Assembly: GCA_016935265.1 (NCBI GenBank)
Contig: JAFGRH010000002.1
Span: 6,423 to 30,422 of the forward strand
Direction of reading: 5' to 3'
Length of the DNA stretch: 24,000 nt
DNA from: Candidatus Woesearchaeota archaeon
Lineage (GTDB): Archaea > Nanobdellota > Nanobdellia > Woesearchaeales > UBA10216
Part shown: one piece after another, positions 15,967 through 24,000 of the stretch
How the letters are laid out: every line of letters begins with the position of its first letter
Numbering within the stretch: the first letter of the stretch is position 1
Notes under the pieces: generated by a model
What the model was told of the DNA's origin: nothing
Seen by the model: only the letters and a program-made list of their open reading frames with translations
Database searches by the model: none
Translations under genes and position numbers: made by a program

Positions 15967-17243
15967 TAATAAAAAACGGCAAGGTCTTCTATAAGGGAGT
16001 GATTGTAAAGAAGAATATTGTGGTAGAAGGCGGGAAAATAGTCTCTTTTGGTAAGGGAAAGGGGGAGAGCTTTGACGCCTCGGGAATGGTTGTGATTCCG
16101 GGCGTTATAGATGTCCATGTCCACTTCCGCGAGCCTGGCGCTACGCAGAAGGAGGACTTCCTTTCAGGGTCGAGGGCAGCTGCCTCTGGCGGCGTAACAA
16201 CAGTCATAGACATGCCGAACACATCTCCTCCGACAACTACTGTTGAGACTCTGGAGCAGAAACGCGCAATAGCAAAAAAGAGCATGGTTAATTACGGGTT
16301 CTACTTTGGCGCAACTGAAACCAACATGGACGAGATAAGGAAAGCTAAGAATATAGCAGGCATTAAGGTTTTCATGGGCTCCTCCACGGGCGATTTGCTC
16401 GTTACTGACAATACTGCGCTGAATGCTATCTTTGCGTGCGGCAGACCGGTGGTTGTACACGCAGAGGATGAGGCTATCATAAAAAAGAACGCTGAGAAGT
16501 ACAAAAATGAGCACGACCCGATAGTTCACACTAGGATAAGGAGCAACGAGTGTGCAGAGGCTGCCGTAAGAAAGGCAATAGAGCTTGCGGGAAGGAATAA
16601 GACAAAATTGCACATACTGCACGCAAGCACAAAGCAGGAGATGGAGCTGATAGCTGCCGCGAAGGAGAGCGTTGACTTAAGCTGCGAAGCAACGCCGCAC
16701 CATTTGTTCCTTACAGCGAATGATATGAAAAAGCTGGGCAACTTCGCGAGGATGAACCCTCCGCTGAGAAGCCAGCAGGATGTTGACGCGCTGTGGAACG
16801 GGATAAAAAACGGCACTATAGATCTGGTTGCAACAGACCACGCACCCCACCTTCCTTGGGAGAAGGATGTTGACTACTGGAAAGCCCCCTCAGGCGTTCC
16901 GGGAGTGGAAACTTCACTGCCGCTTCTTCTTAATGCGGTCAATAGCAATAGGCTATCGCTTCAGCAGCTTGTAAGGCTGACTTCAGAAACGCCTGCAAGG
17001 AGGTTCTGCATAAGGGGGAAAGGAATGATTGAAAAAGGAATGGATGCTGACCTTACAGTAGTGGACCTGAAAAAAGAGAAAACAATTAAAAACTCTGATA
17101 TCGTGAGCAAATGCGGGTGGACTCCTTTCAACGGATTCAAGGTTAAAGGTGCTGTTATTGCCACTGTGGTTGGAGGGCAGCTGGCTTACGAAAAGGGCGA
17201 ATTTGGAGAAGCAAGGGGAGCTGAGATAAAATATGGAAACTGA
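15963..17243 (+). CDS. pyrC: Dihydroorotase
   Basis: Metal-binding GVIDVHVHFREPG, VHAED, and ATDHAPH. ATGA overlap with pyrK. Confidence 0.9.
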   Translation: MIIKNGKVFYKGVIVKKNIVVEGGKIVSFGKGKGESFDASGMVVIPGVIDVHVHFREPGATQKEDFLSGSRAAASGGVTTVIDMPNTSPPTTTVETLEQKRAIAKKSMVNYGFYFGATETNMDEIRKAKNIAGIKVFMGSSTGDLLVTDNTALNAIFACGRPVVVHAEDEAIIKKNAEKYKNEHDPIVHTRIRSNECAEAAVRKAIELAGRNKTKLHILHASTKQEMELIAAAKESVDLSCEATPHHLFLTANDMKKLGNFARMNPPLRSQQDVDALWNGIKNGTIDLVATDHAPHLPWEKDVDYWKAPSGVPGVETSLPLLLNAVNSNRLSLQQLVRLTSETPARRFCIRGKGMIEKGMDADLTVVDLKKEKTIKNSDIVSKCGWTPFNGFKVKGAVIATVVGGQLAYEKGEFGEARGAEIKYGN

Positions 17244-17856
17244 TGTTGCGGAGATACTTTTGAGGAAGGACGCAGTTACGCTTAGGCCTGAGAACCCATT
17301 CAAGTACGCTTCGGGAATACTCTCGCCTATTTACTGCGATAACAGGATTCTGATGTCCTACGTGAAGGAACGAACCAAGATAGTTGACTTCTTCCTTGAG
17401 GCAATAAGGAAAAACGACCTTGACGTTGATGTAATTGCGGGAACAGAAGCTGCCGGCATTCCCTGGGCTGCGTGGATAGCTGCCCGCCTTAACAAGCCCA
17501 TGGTTTTTGTCAGGAAAAAGCAGAAGGACCACGGCAAGGAAAACAGGATTGAGGGGCATCTTCACAAATCAACAAACGTTGTCGTTATTGAGGACCTTGT
17601 CAGCACAGGAGGAAGCTCGCTGGCTGCTGTTGAGGCTGTAAGGGAAGCAGGAGGGGATGTAATTGCCTGCGTTGCAATATTTGACTACGGGATGGCTGCC
17701 TCAAAGAAGGCTTTTGAGGCTGCCAAGTGCAGGCTGATTTCGCTCAGCAATTTCCAGACACTTGTAGATGTGGCTGTAAAGAAGGGCTACATAAAAAGCG
17801 ATGAGAAAAAACTGGTGCTTGACTGGAGCAAGGCGCCTGAAAAGTGGGGGAAGTAA
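17233..17856 (+). CDS. pyrE: Orotate phosphoribosyltransferase
   Basis: FKYASGILSPIYCDNR and PRPP loop VVVIEDLVSTGGSS. Overlaps pyrC by 11 nt. Confidence 0.9.
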   Translation: METDVAEILLRKDAVTLRPENPFKYASGILSPIYCDNRILMSYVKERTKIVDFFLEAIRKNDLDVDVIAGTEAAGIPWAAWIAARLNKPMVFVRKKQKDHGKENRIEGHLHKSTNVVVIEDLVSTGGSSLAAVEAVREAGGDVIACVAIFDYGMAASKKAFEAAKCRLISLSNFQTLVDVAVKKGYIKSDEKKLVLDWSKAPEKWGK

Positions 17857-18264
17857 ATGAATTGGGAAGAACTTCAGGGACACGTAAAAAAGCTGTGCGC
17901 AAAATTTGACTTCACGCCGGACATAATAGCAGCGATTGCAAGAGGCGGGGTAATTCCTGGCGTGATGATAGCAGAAAAGCTCGGAATAAAGGACATGTAC
18001 GCGATAACGGTAAAGAAGCAGGAAGGGAAAAGGAAGGTGATGACAAAGCTTGCGGATGAAATCAGCGGGAAAAAGGTACTGCTGGTTGAGGACGCCATTG
18101 AAAGCGGGAAAAGCATGCTTACCGCAAAGAAATACCTTGAAGGAAAGGGAGCTATTGTAAAGACGGCGACCCTCTTTGTTAAGGGAAAAAGCGTGATAAG
18201 GCCTGATTACTCACTTGAGCTTGTTCCTGATATCGATTTTCCCTGGGAAGAGGTGCAAAAATGA
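17857..18264 (+). CDS. Small type-I phosphoribosyltransferase, Gpt-like (purine PRTase family)
   Basis: 135 aa. Layout parallels E. coli Gpt: W..L...V..L, then IIAAIARGGVIPGVMIAEKLGI, then PRPP loop KVLLVEDAIESGKSM, then a C-terminal DIDFPWE. The PRPP loop is atypical (ESGKS instead of DTGGT). Confidence 0.65.
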   Translation: MNWEELQGHVKKLCAKFDFTPDIIAAIARGGVIPGVMIAEKLGIKDMYAITVKKQEGKRKVMTKLADEISGKKVLLVEDAIESGKSMLTAKKYLEGKGAIVKTATLFVKGKSVIRPDYSLELVPDIDFPWEEVQK

Positions 18265-18824
18265 AGCTAAAGATAGGAATTATAGGTTCCGGAACGCCAA
18301 GGCTGCCGGAAAAAGTGAAGAGGCTTGCATTCAGGACAGGCAAGGCGATTGCAGAGCACAACTGCATCCTGGTTAATGGGGCGTGCACTGGTGTCCCCTA
18401 TGAGTCTTCAAAGGGCGCCAAGAAGGCAGACGGCTTTGTCGTCGGGATTTCCCCTGCAAAGGATATGGACGAGCACCTTAAGCACTACAAGTTTCCGCAG
18501 GACAAGTTTGACGTGCTGATTTTCTCCGGCTTCGGCTTCAAGGGGAGGAATGTTCTTAACGTAAGCAGCGCAGACTGCATCATAATGATATGCGGCAGCA
18601 CAGGAACGCTGAACGAGTTCAGCATAGCATATGATGAAGGGAGAGTGATAGGCGTGCTGCTCGGAAGCGGCGGGATATCAGACCAAGTAAGGGAAATAAT
18701 AAGGCTCTGCAACAAGGAAACAGGAGCAACAATGATTTACGAGAAAGACCCCTATATTCTGGTAAAGAAGGTAATCCTCGCAACAAGGAAGAGGGGAAAC
18801 AATTTCGCAAGGAGAACAGACTGA
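18261..18824 (+). CDS. LOG / TIGR00725-like (SLOG Rossmann-fold) protein
   Basis: KIGIIGSG start, then VNGACTGVPYE, then IMICGSTGTLNEF (a variant of the GGxGTxxE LOG motif). ATGA overlap with the upstream PRTase and TGATG with pyrF. Confidence 0.6.
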   Translation: MKLKIGIIGSGTPRLPEKVKRLAFRTGKAIAEHNCILVNGACTGVPYESSKGAKKADGFVVGISPAKDMDEHLKHYKFPQDKFDVLIFSGFGFKGRNVLNVSSADCIIMICGSTGTLNEFSIAYDEGRVIGVLLGSGGISDQVREIIRLCNKETGATMIYEKDPYILVKKVILATRKRGNNFARRTD

Positions 18825-19672
18825 TGGGCTATGTTGAAAAGCTAAGGGAATCTGCTGAGAAGAACGGAAGCATAGTCTGCATGGGCATGGATCCTGTTCT
18901 TGAGAAAATACCTATAAGTAGGGGTGATGCCGAGAAGAAGATTACGAAGTTCTACACTGATATTCTCGACGCTGCAGAGTCCGAAAATGCAAAGCCGGGA
19001 ATACTGAAGCCAAACTATGCATTCTACGCGCAGTACGGCTTTCCGGGGCTGAGGGCGCTTGAGAACGTCATGAAGTATGCGCACAAGAAAGGGCTTATGG
19101 TCATAATGGACGGCAAAAGGGCAGACATAGGAAAGACAAGCGCAGCCTACGCCAAAGAGGCTTTTGACTTCTGGAAAGCTGACTCGGTTACTTTAGCCCC
19201 TTACATGGGAAAGGACAGCCTCATGCCTTTCATCGAGCAGACAGAAAAAGGCAAGGGAGTTTACATACTTGTAAGGACTTCAAATATGGGCGCTCTCGAC
19301 ATCCAAAGCCTTAAGGTTGACGGCAAGACAGTATTCATGAAGACCGCTGAGAAAGTTGCGGGGGACTGGCACAAGCCGGGCGTCGGCGCTGTTGTAGGCG
19401 CTACTGCCCCAAAAGAGCTCGAGGAAATATCAAAGTTTTTTGTCTCAACAGGAAAGGAAGTTCCCTTGCTGATACCCGGAGTTGGTGCGCAGGGCGGAAC
19501 TGCGCAAGAAGTTGTATCTGCGCTCAAAAAAAGCGGCAATGACTTAGCACTGCACAGGATTAACAGCAGCAGCGGATTGAATTACGCCTATGAGAAGTAC
19601 AAAACGGACGATTATGCAGGAGCTGCTGTAAAGGCAATAAAGGAGCTGAACAGAGAAATAGGGTTCACTTAG
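18824..19672 (+). CDS. pyrF: Orotidine 5'-phosphate decarboxylase, type 2
   Basis: VCMGMDPV, ILKPNYAFY, IMDGKRADIGKTS, and LIPGVGAQGG, at a length of 282 aa typical of type 2. Confidence 0.88.
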   Translation: MGYVEKLRESAEKNGSIVCMGMDPVLEKIPISRGDAEKKITKFYTDILDAAESENAKPGILKPNYAFYAQYGFPGLRALENVMKYAHKKGLMVIMDGKRADIGKTSAAYAKEAFDFWKADSVTLAPYMGKDSLMPFIEQTEKGKGVYILVRTSNMGALDIQSLKVDGKTVFMKTAEKVAGDWHKPGVGAVVGATAPKELEEISKFFVSTGKEVPLLIPGVGAQGGTAQEVVSALKKSGNDLALHRINSSSGLNYAYEKYKTDDYAGAAVKAIKELNREIGFT

Positions 19673-19937
19673 GCTTTTTCTTCTTTTTCAGCACGCAATC
19701 AAGCTTCTCGTTTATTAGGAGAAGCCCTTCCTCAATCTCCTCCATCCTCTTCCTTATCATGTAGGATTCCCTCCAGCGGAGGATTAAAAGGATTATGGAA
19801 ACCCCGATTATCCCGCCGAAGATGAAGTAGAGGGAGTTTATGATGTTGGCGAGGGAGTTAACTACAGGGACGTCTACCCCTGTTACGTTGATAAGGTCCC
19901 CGTTGCCAGTCAAGCCGCCTATTATAGCAAACAACAT
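19665..19937 (-). CDS. Small hypothetical membrane protein
   Basis: 90 aa. Hydrophobic segment YFIFGGIIGVSIILLILRW, then an amphipathic RKRMEEIEEGLLLINEKLD and a KKKKKPK tail. Lies downstream of and co-oriented with the regulator gene. Convergent 8-nt overlap with pyrF. Confidence 0.45.
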   Translation of the reverse strand: MLFAIIGGLTGNGDLINVTGVDVPVVNSLANIINSLYFIFGGIIGVSIILLILRWRESYMIRKRMEEIEEGLLLINEKLDCVLKKKKKPK

Positions 19938-19978
19938 AGCTGGTTGTATGCCTAAGTGGTTTATTAAGCTTGCGGAAA

Positions 19979-20686
19979 CTAAGCCTCAACAAGGAAAAGG
20001 TAGCTAACCTTGAACTTCCTCTTGACCTGCCTGTAGGCTGTGCCGGTTATGAAGATTGCGAATATTCCTGTTACGTTTGCCTTTGCCTGGTCGCAGATGC
20101 TCATTAGCGCGTCAAAGGTTGTCCCGCCCCTTACGACGTCATCCACTATGAGCACGTTCTCGTTCCTCTTAAGCAGGTTCTTCGGCAGGTAAAATGGCGC
20201 TGTCAGGGGCTTGTCTGCGATGTTGCTTTTCGATACGTAGTGGTCAGAAAATGATAGCTCCTGCGTTTTCTTTGCGAAGACGCACCTTGCGTTCAGGAAC
20301 TCTGCGACCTTCACTGCGAGAGGTATGCCGTCAACAGCTGCTGTGAAGACTTTCTGTATGCGGTCTGTAAAGGTCCTTGAAACCTTGTATGCTATCAGGT
20401 TGAGAAGGAAGGGCTGGGAGAGTATGTCTGCGGTTACTATGTACTTCGTCCCTTTTCTCTGGGAGCTTTCCGAGACTATCTTCTGGAGGTAGTTCTTGAT
20501 GAAAAGGTCTATTATGCTGTTTGCCCTGTCCAGCTTTGGGAGCACGTAGCCGTTTATGTAGCGGTTTAGCACGCCGGCAGGCAGGGAAAGCTCCTTTGAG
20601 AGCACCCTGAAGGTCTTCTTCTCCTTCATTGCCTTCAGGCAGTCTACTGCCAGAAGCTTGATTTTGGTTTCCTGTATGGCGTTCAT
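19979..20686 (-). CDS. HTH plus phosphoribosyltransferase-domain regulator (PurR / GfcR-like architecture)
   Basis: N-terminal HTH-like FRVLSKELSLPAGVLNRYINGYVLP and C-terminal PRPP-binding loop NENVLIVDDVVRGGTTFDAL. Start chosen at ATG 20684-20686 (MNAIQETKIK); the ORF track extends 18 codons further, into the promoter region. Confidence 0.62.
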   Translation of the reverse strand: MNAIQETKIKLLAVDCLKAMKEKKTFRVLSKELSLPAGVLNRYINGYVLPKLDRANSIIDLFIKNYLQKIVSESSQRKGTKYIVTADILSQPFLLNLIAYKVSRTFTDRIQKVFTAAVDGIPLAVKVAEFLNARCVFAKKTQELSFSDHYVSKSNIADKPLTAPFYLPKNLLKRNENVLIVDDVVRGGTTFDALMSICDQAKANVTGIFAIFITGTAYRQVKRKFKVSYLFLVEA

Positions 20687-20712
20687 GCTAGTTACATGAG
20701 CGTGTTCAAAAC

Positions 20713-20726
20713 ATATATAAATATTT
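20713..20726. promoter_or_regulatory. Shared A/T block acting as back-to-back TATA boxes for divergent leaderless genes
   Basis: atatataaatattt lies in the 62-nt gap between ATG 20686 (minus) and ATG 20749 (plus). Its two halves are centred about 27 nt from each start codon. Confidence 0.4.
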
Positions 20727-20748
20727 GCCTGTTCATACATTCCGCAAA

Positions 20749-22062
20749 ATGGCTAAAAACGTGGTGGTTGTCGGAGCCTATTGGGGTGATGAGGGCAAGG
20801 GCAAGATAGTTGATTTCTTATCCGGCGATGTTGAGTTTGTTGCGAGGTTTAACGGCGGGGATAATGCGGGCCATACGATAACTATTGAGGGCAAAGAGTA
20901 CAAGGTACACCTTATCCCTTCAGGCGTTTTCCAGGGGAAGAAGGTTGCAATCGGACCGGGAGTTCTCGTTAATCCTGAAACGCTCTGCAATGAGTATGAT
21001 TATCTTGAGGAAGCTGGATTCAAGCCAAAGCTTTCAATTGACGCACGCGCCAATGTTATAATGCCTTACCACATTGAGATTGACAAGGCAAGGGAAGGCT
21101 CCGGAAAGGGTGTTGGCAGCACAAAGAAGGGCATCGGGCCTTGCATGGAGGATGCCGCAAGGAGGACAACAGCCATAATAATAGATGACCTTGTAAGTGA
21201 TGCGTTAAGGCCGAGGCTGAAAAAGGTTATTTCGCTTAAAGAGGATGAGCTGAGGAAGTATGATATTCTGAGCAATGGAATTGACGAATATGTTGAAGAG
21301 ATTGCAGTCTCTTACGAGAAATTCGGGAAGAAGATTAAGGGATTTGTTACTGACGAGCTTACATACACGCTTACAGAAGCATCGATGAAAGGCGGCGTGC
21401 TTGTTGAGGGCGGGCAGGGAACGCTGCTTGACTTAATGCACGGCACAAAGCCTTACCAGACATCTACAATAACTACGGCAGAGGCTGCTTTCGCAACTCT
21501 TGGTCTGGATGGAAGGCTTTTCAAAAGAGTTCTCGTTGCTAAGGCTTACCCGACAAGGGTCGGGGATGGACCTTTCCCGACAAAGATTGAGGGAGAGCTC
21601 GCAAAGCAGATAAGGGACAAGGGGAATGAGTACGGAACGACAACAGGCCGCCCAAGGGATGTAGGCATGCCTGACTTTGTCGCGCTGAGATATTCTGCCC
21701 ATATTAACGGGCTTTCAAGGGATGACGGCTGGGCGCTTACTTTGGTTGATGTTCTTGCTGGCATTCCTTTCAAGATAGCAGTGGCTTACGAAAAAGATGG
21801 AAAGAGAACGACTTTCCCTGCAAGGCTTGACGGCTGGAAGCCTGTCTATGAGGAAGCAGAGGGCTGGCCTGAAATTAGCAAGGATGAAGCGAAGGCAATC
21901 TGCAGCAAAGGCTATGAAGCGCTGCCTGAAGGAGTTAAGGGCTACTGCAAAAGGCTTGTCGGGTTCACAGGCGTTCCTTTAGAGATTGTATCGCTCGGCA
22001 AGGACCGCTCACTTACGCTGGTAAAGGGTGTCCGTGAAAGGACATTGGAGTACCTAAAATGA
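20749..22062 (+). CDS. purA: Adenylosuccinate synthetase
   Basis: MAKNVVVVGAYWGDEGKGKIVD, GGDNAGHTI, and GTTTGRPRD. The ORF track's TTG at 20725 falls in the promoter block, so ATG 20749 is preferred. Confidence 0.93.
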   Translation: MAKNVVVVGAYWGDEGKGKIVDFLSGDVEFVARFNGGDNAGHTITIEGKEYKVHLIPSGVFQGKKVAIGPGVLVNPETLCNEYDYLEEAGFKPKLSIDARANVIMPYHIEIDKAREGSGKGVGSTKKGIGPCMEDAARRTTAIIIDDLVSDALRPRLKKVISLKEDELRKYDILSNGIDEYVEEIAVSYEKFGKKIKGFVTDELTYTLTEASMKGGVLVEGGQGTLLDLMHGTKPYQTSTITTAEAAFATLGLDGRLFKRVLVAKAYPTRVGDGPFPTKIEGELAKQIRDKGNEYGTTTGRPRDVGMPDFVALRYSAHINGLSRDDGWALTLVDVLAGIPFKIAVAYEKDGKRTTFPARLDGWKPVYEEAEGWPEISKDEAKAICSKGYEALPEGVKGYCKRLVGFTGVPLEIVSLGKDRSLTLVKGVRERTLEYLK

Positions 22063-22757
22063 AAGTCGATGACCTTGTTAAGGTTAACCGCGCGATAATA
22101 AGCGCTTACGACAAGAAAGGGCTTGCTGACTTTGCAGAATCTCTCGTTAAGCTTAACCCAGAACTGGAAATTTACAGCAGCAGCGGCACTGCCGCAGAGC
22201 TTCAGAAGAAGGTTATGAAGAACATCAAGGAAATATCAGACTACACGAAGTTCCCTGAGATGCCCTCTGGTCTGGTTAAGACGCTTCATCCGAAAATACA
22301 CGCAGGCATACTCGCAGAGCCGGGCAACGGGGAGCACTCAGCCTATCTTCAGATGCACGGCATAAAGCAATTCGACATGATTGTTGTTAACTTGTATCCT
22401 TTTTCCGCAGTTGCCTCTGACCCGATGAAGACGGTTGAGGACGCAAGGCAGAATATGGACATAGGCGGCGTTTCGCTTATAGAGGCTGCCTCGAAGAACT
22501 TTTTGAGGGTGGCTGTAATCACAGACCCAGGAGATTACGGGTGGGTCATAGCTAACCTGAAAAAGAACAAAGGCTCTGCTGACCTGAAGACTCGAGTCAC
22601 TCTCGCAAAAAAGGCCCTGAAGTATCTTAGCAATTATCTCGGCAGCATTTCTGCCTATTACGAGAAAAAGCCTGATAACGATATCCAAAAATTCTACGGC
22701 GTTGAGAAGCATGAGTGGGCAGAAAGACTACAAGAAAGACTACGCAAGGATAGTTGA
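22059..22757 (+). CDS. purH: IMP cyclohydrolase (MGS-like N-terminal domain of PurH) as a stand-alone ORF
   Basis: RAIISAYDKKGL...SSGTAAEL...ISDYTKFPEMPSGLVKTLHPKIHAGILA...FDMIVVNLYPF...DIGGVSLIEAASKNF. ATGA overlap with purA. Confidence 0.8.
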   Translation: MKVDDLVKVNRAIISAYDKKGLADFAESLVKLNPELEIYSSSGTAAELQKKVMKNIKEISDYTKFPEMPSGLVKTLHPKIHAGILAEPGNGEHSAYLQMHGIKQFDMIVVNLYPFSAVASDPMKTVEDARQNMDIGGVSLIEAASKNFLRVAVITDPGDYGWVIANLKKNKGSADLKTRVTLAKKALKYLSNYLGSISAYYEKKPDNDIQKFYGVEKHEWAERLQERLRKDS

Positions 22758-24000
22758 CGAGCACTTTCCTGATGAGCTCAGAATATCCTTGGGCGAGCAG
22801 ACACTGCTCTACAAAAAGAGGAACTGGAGCATACCTGAAAAGGGCGAGATTGTAAAGCGGGGGCTGAGGTACGGCGAAAACCCTGGTCAGGAGGCTGCAA
22901 TTTATGAACTAGTCCAGGGCAACCTTGTCATAGGCGAATGCTCTTACATCACGCCTGGCAACGGTCTTGTAAGCTCGGTCTCAGAAAAGGACCTCATACA
23001 GATTGGAAAGCACCCAAGCATGAATAACCTCACCGATGTTGACAGCGCCCTGAACATACTTAAGTTCTTCCCTGAAAAGCCTACAGTGGTTATTGTGAAG
23101 CACAGCAACCCTTCAGGCGTTGCGCAGCGCGAAACTCTTAAGGAAGCTTACATAGAGGCAAACCTTGCGGACAGGCTCGCCGCTTTCGGCGGGGCGGCTG
23201 TTTTCAACAGGAAGCTTGACCGCGAGACCGCTGAGGAAATAATCAAAAACTACCTTGAGGTTGTCTGCGCGCCTGAGTTTGATGAAAAGGCGCTTGAAAT
23301 AATGAAGACAAAGAAGAACCTCAGGATAATACTCATCAGGAACATAAAGAACCTTGAAAGATACCAGAATATGCGTTTTCTGGACTTCAAATCAATGACT
23401 GACGGCGGGATTGTAGTCCAGCAGTCGCCAATATTGACAATCACCAGCAAGAATGACCTTGAGCCTGCAACCGCAACAAAGGAGGAGAGGGACTACAAAA
23501 TAGAAAGGGCCCCTACAGAGCAGGAGTATGAGGACATGATTTTCGGCTGGAAAGTGGAATATGGCGTGAAGTCAAACTCAGTAATATACGTAAAGAACAA
23601 AGCCACTGTTGCCATTGGGACTGGCGGGCAGGACAGGGTAGGCGTTGCTGAGATGGCTGCTGCAAAGGCATACACGAAGTATGCGGACAGGATTTGCGCA
23701 GAAAAGCAAGGCATGCCATACTGGGTTTTCTCAATGAAAGTAAAGAAGGGAGAGATTGCAGAGAGTGAAAAGAAAAAGATTGATGATGAGGTAGAGAGGC
23801 AAAAAGGCAACCTGAAAGGGTCAGTGATGGTTTCTGACGGATTCTTCCCGTTCCGCGATACTGTTGATGTTGCTGCAAAGTACGGAGTTACGGCAATAAT
23901 ACAGCCGGGCGGCTCGATAAGGGACTTTGAGAGCATTGAAGCCTGCAACGAGCACGGCATATCAATGGTCTTCACAGGGCAGCGTGCTTTCAAGCACTAG
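22711..24000 (+). CDS. purH: AICAR formyltransferase (C-terminal domain of PurH) as a separate ORF in the +1 frame
   Basis: FPDELRISL...LRYGENPGQEAAIY...VIVKHSNPSGVA...AFGGAAVFN...VSDGFFPFRDTVDVAAKYGVTAIIQPGGSIRD...RAFKH then stop. Overlaps the preceding ORF by 47 nt. An alternative TTG start lies at 22702. Confidence 0.85.
   Translation: MSGQKDYKKDYARIVDEHFPDELRISLGEQTLLYKKRNWSIPEKGEIVKRGLRYGENPGQEAAIYELVQGNLVIGECSYITPGNGLVSSVSEKDLIQIGKHPSMNNLTDVDSALNILKFFPEKPTVVIVKHSNPSGVAQRETLKEAYIEANLADRLAAFGGAAVFNRKLDRETAEEIIKNYLEVVCAPEFDEKALEIMKTKKNLRIILIRNIKNLERYQNMRFLDFKSMTDGGIVVQQSPILTITSKNDLEPATATKEERDYKIERAPTEQEYEDMIFGWKVEYGVKSNSVIYVKNKATVAIGTGGQDRVGVAEMAAAKAYTKYADRICAEKQGMPYWVFSMKVKKGEIAESEKKKIDDEVERQKGNLKGSVMVSDGFFPFRDTVDVAAKYGVTAIIQPGGSIRDFESIEACNEHGISMVFTGQRAFKH

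Overview
All calls come from reading motifs by eye; no database search was run. The window is a compact, gene-dense archaeal chromosome segment. Support for this: a TFS gene, a Sec11-type Ser/His signal peptidase, A/T-rich TATA-like boxes about 27 nt upstream of several start codons (which suggests leaderless mRNAs), and many ATGA/TGATG coupled gene junctions. TAA, TAG and TGA all act as terminators. The left third (1-8000) carries signal peptidase, tfs, DUF167, a divergent DUF1015 protein, a 761-aa coiled-coil/acidic/Cys-rich membrane protein, a bacterial-type gap-pgk pair and a Gly-rich/KE-rich hypothetical. From 8063 to 19672 runs one translationally coupled pyrimidine operon: carA, GDPD, LAGLIDADG endonuclease, carB, pyrD, pyrK, pyrC, pyrE, a gpt-like PRTase, a LOG/TIGR00725-like protein and pyrF. 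It is followed by a small membrane protein, an HTH-PRT (PurR/GfcR-like) regulator, purA, and a purH split into separate IMP-cyclohydrolase and AICAR-transformylase ORFs. The most unusual locus is 9800-11113. A roughly 250-nt series of long perfect hairpins precedes a free-standing double-motif LAGLIDADG homing endonuclease whose stop codon overlaps the carB start. Then, 66 nt into carB, the invariant E-F-D-Y-S-G motif is split by exactly 21 nt carrying an in-frame TAA. That insert folds into a bulge-helix-bulge-like structure whose symmetric cut sites would restore the reading frame precisely. I read this as a candidate archaeal mRNA mini-intron paired with an adjacent homing endonuclease; this is a hypothesis and needs RNA-level confirmation. 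No tRNA, rRNA, CRISPR array or transposase was seen.
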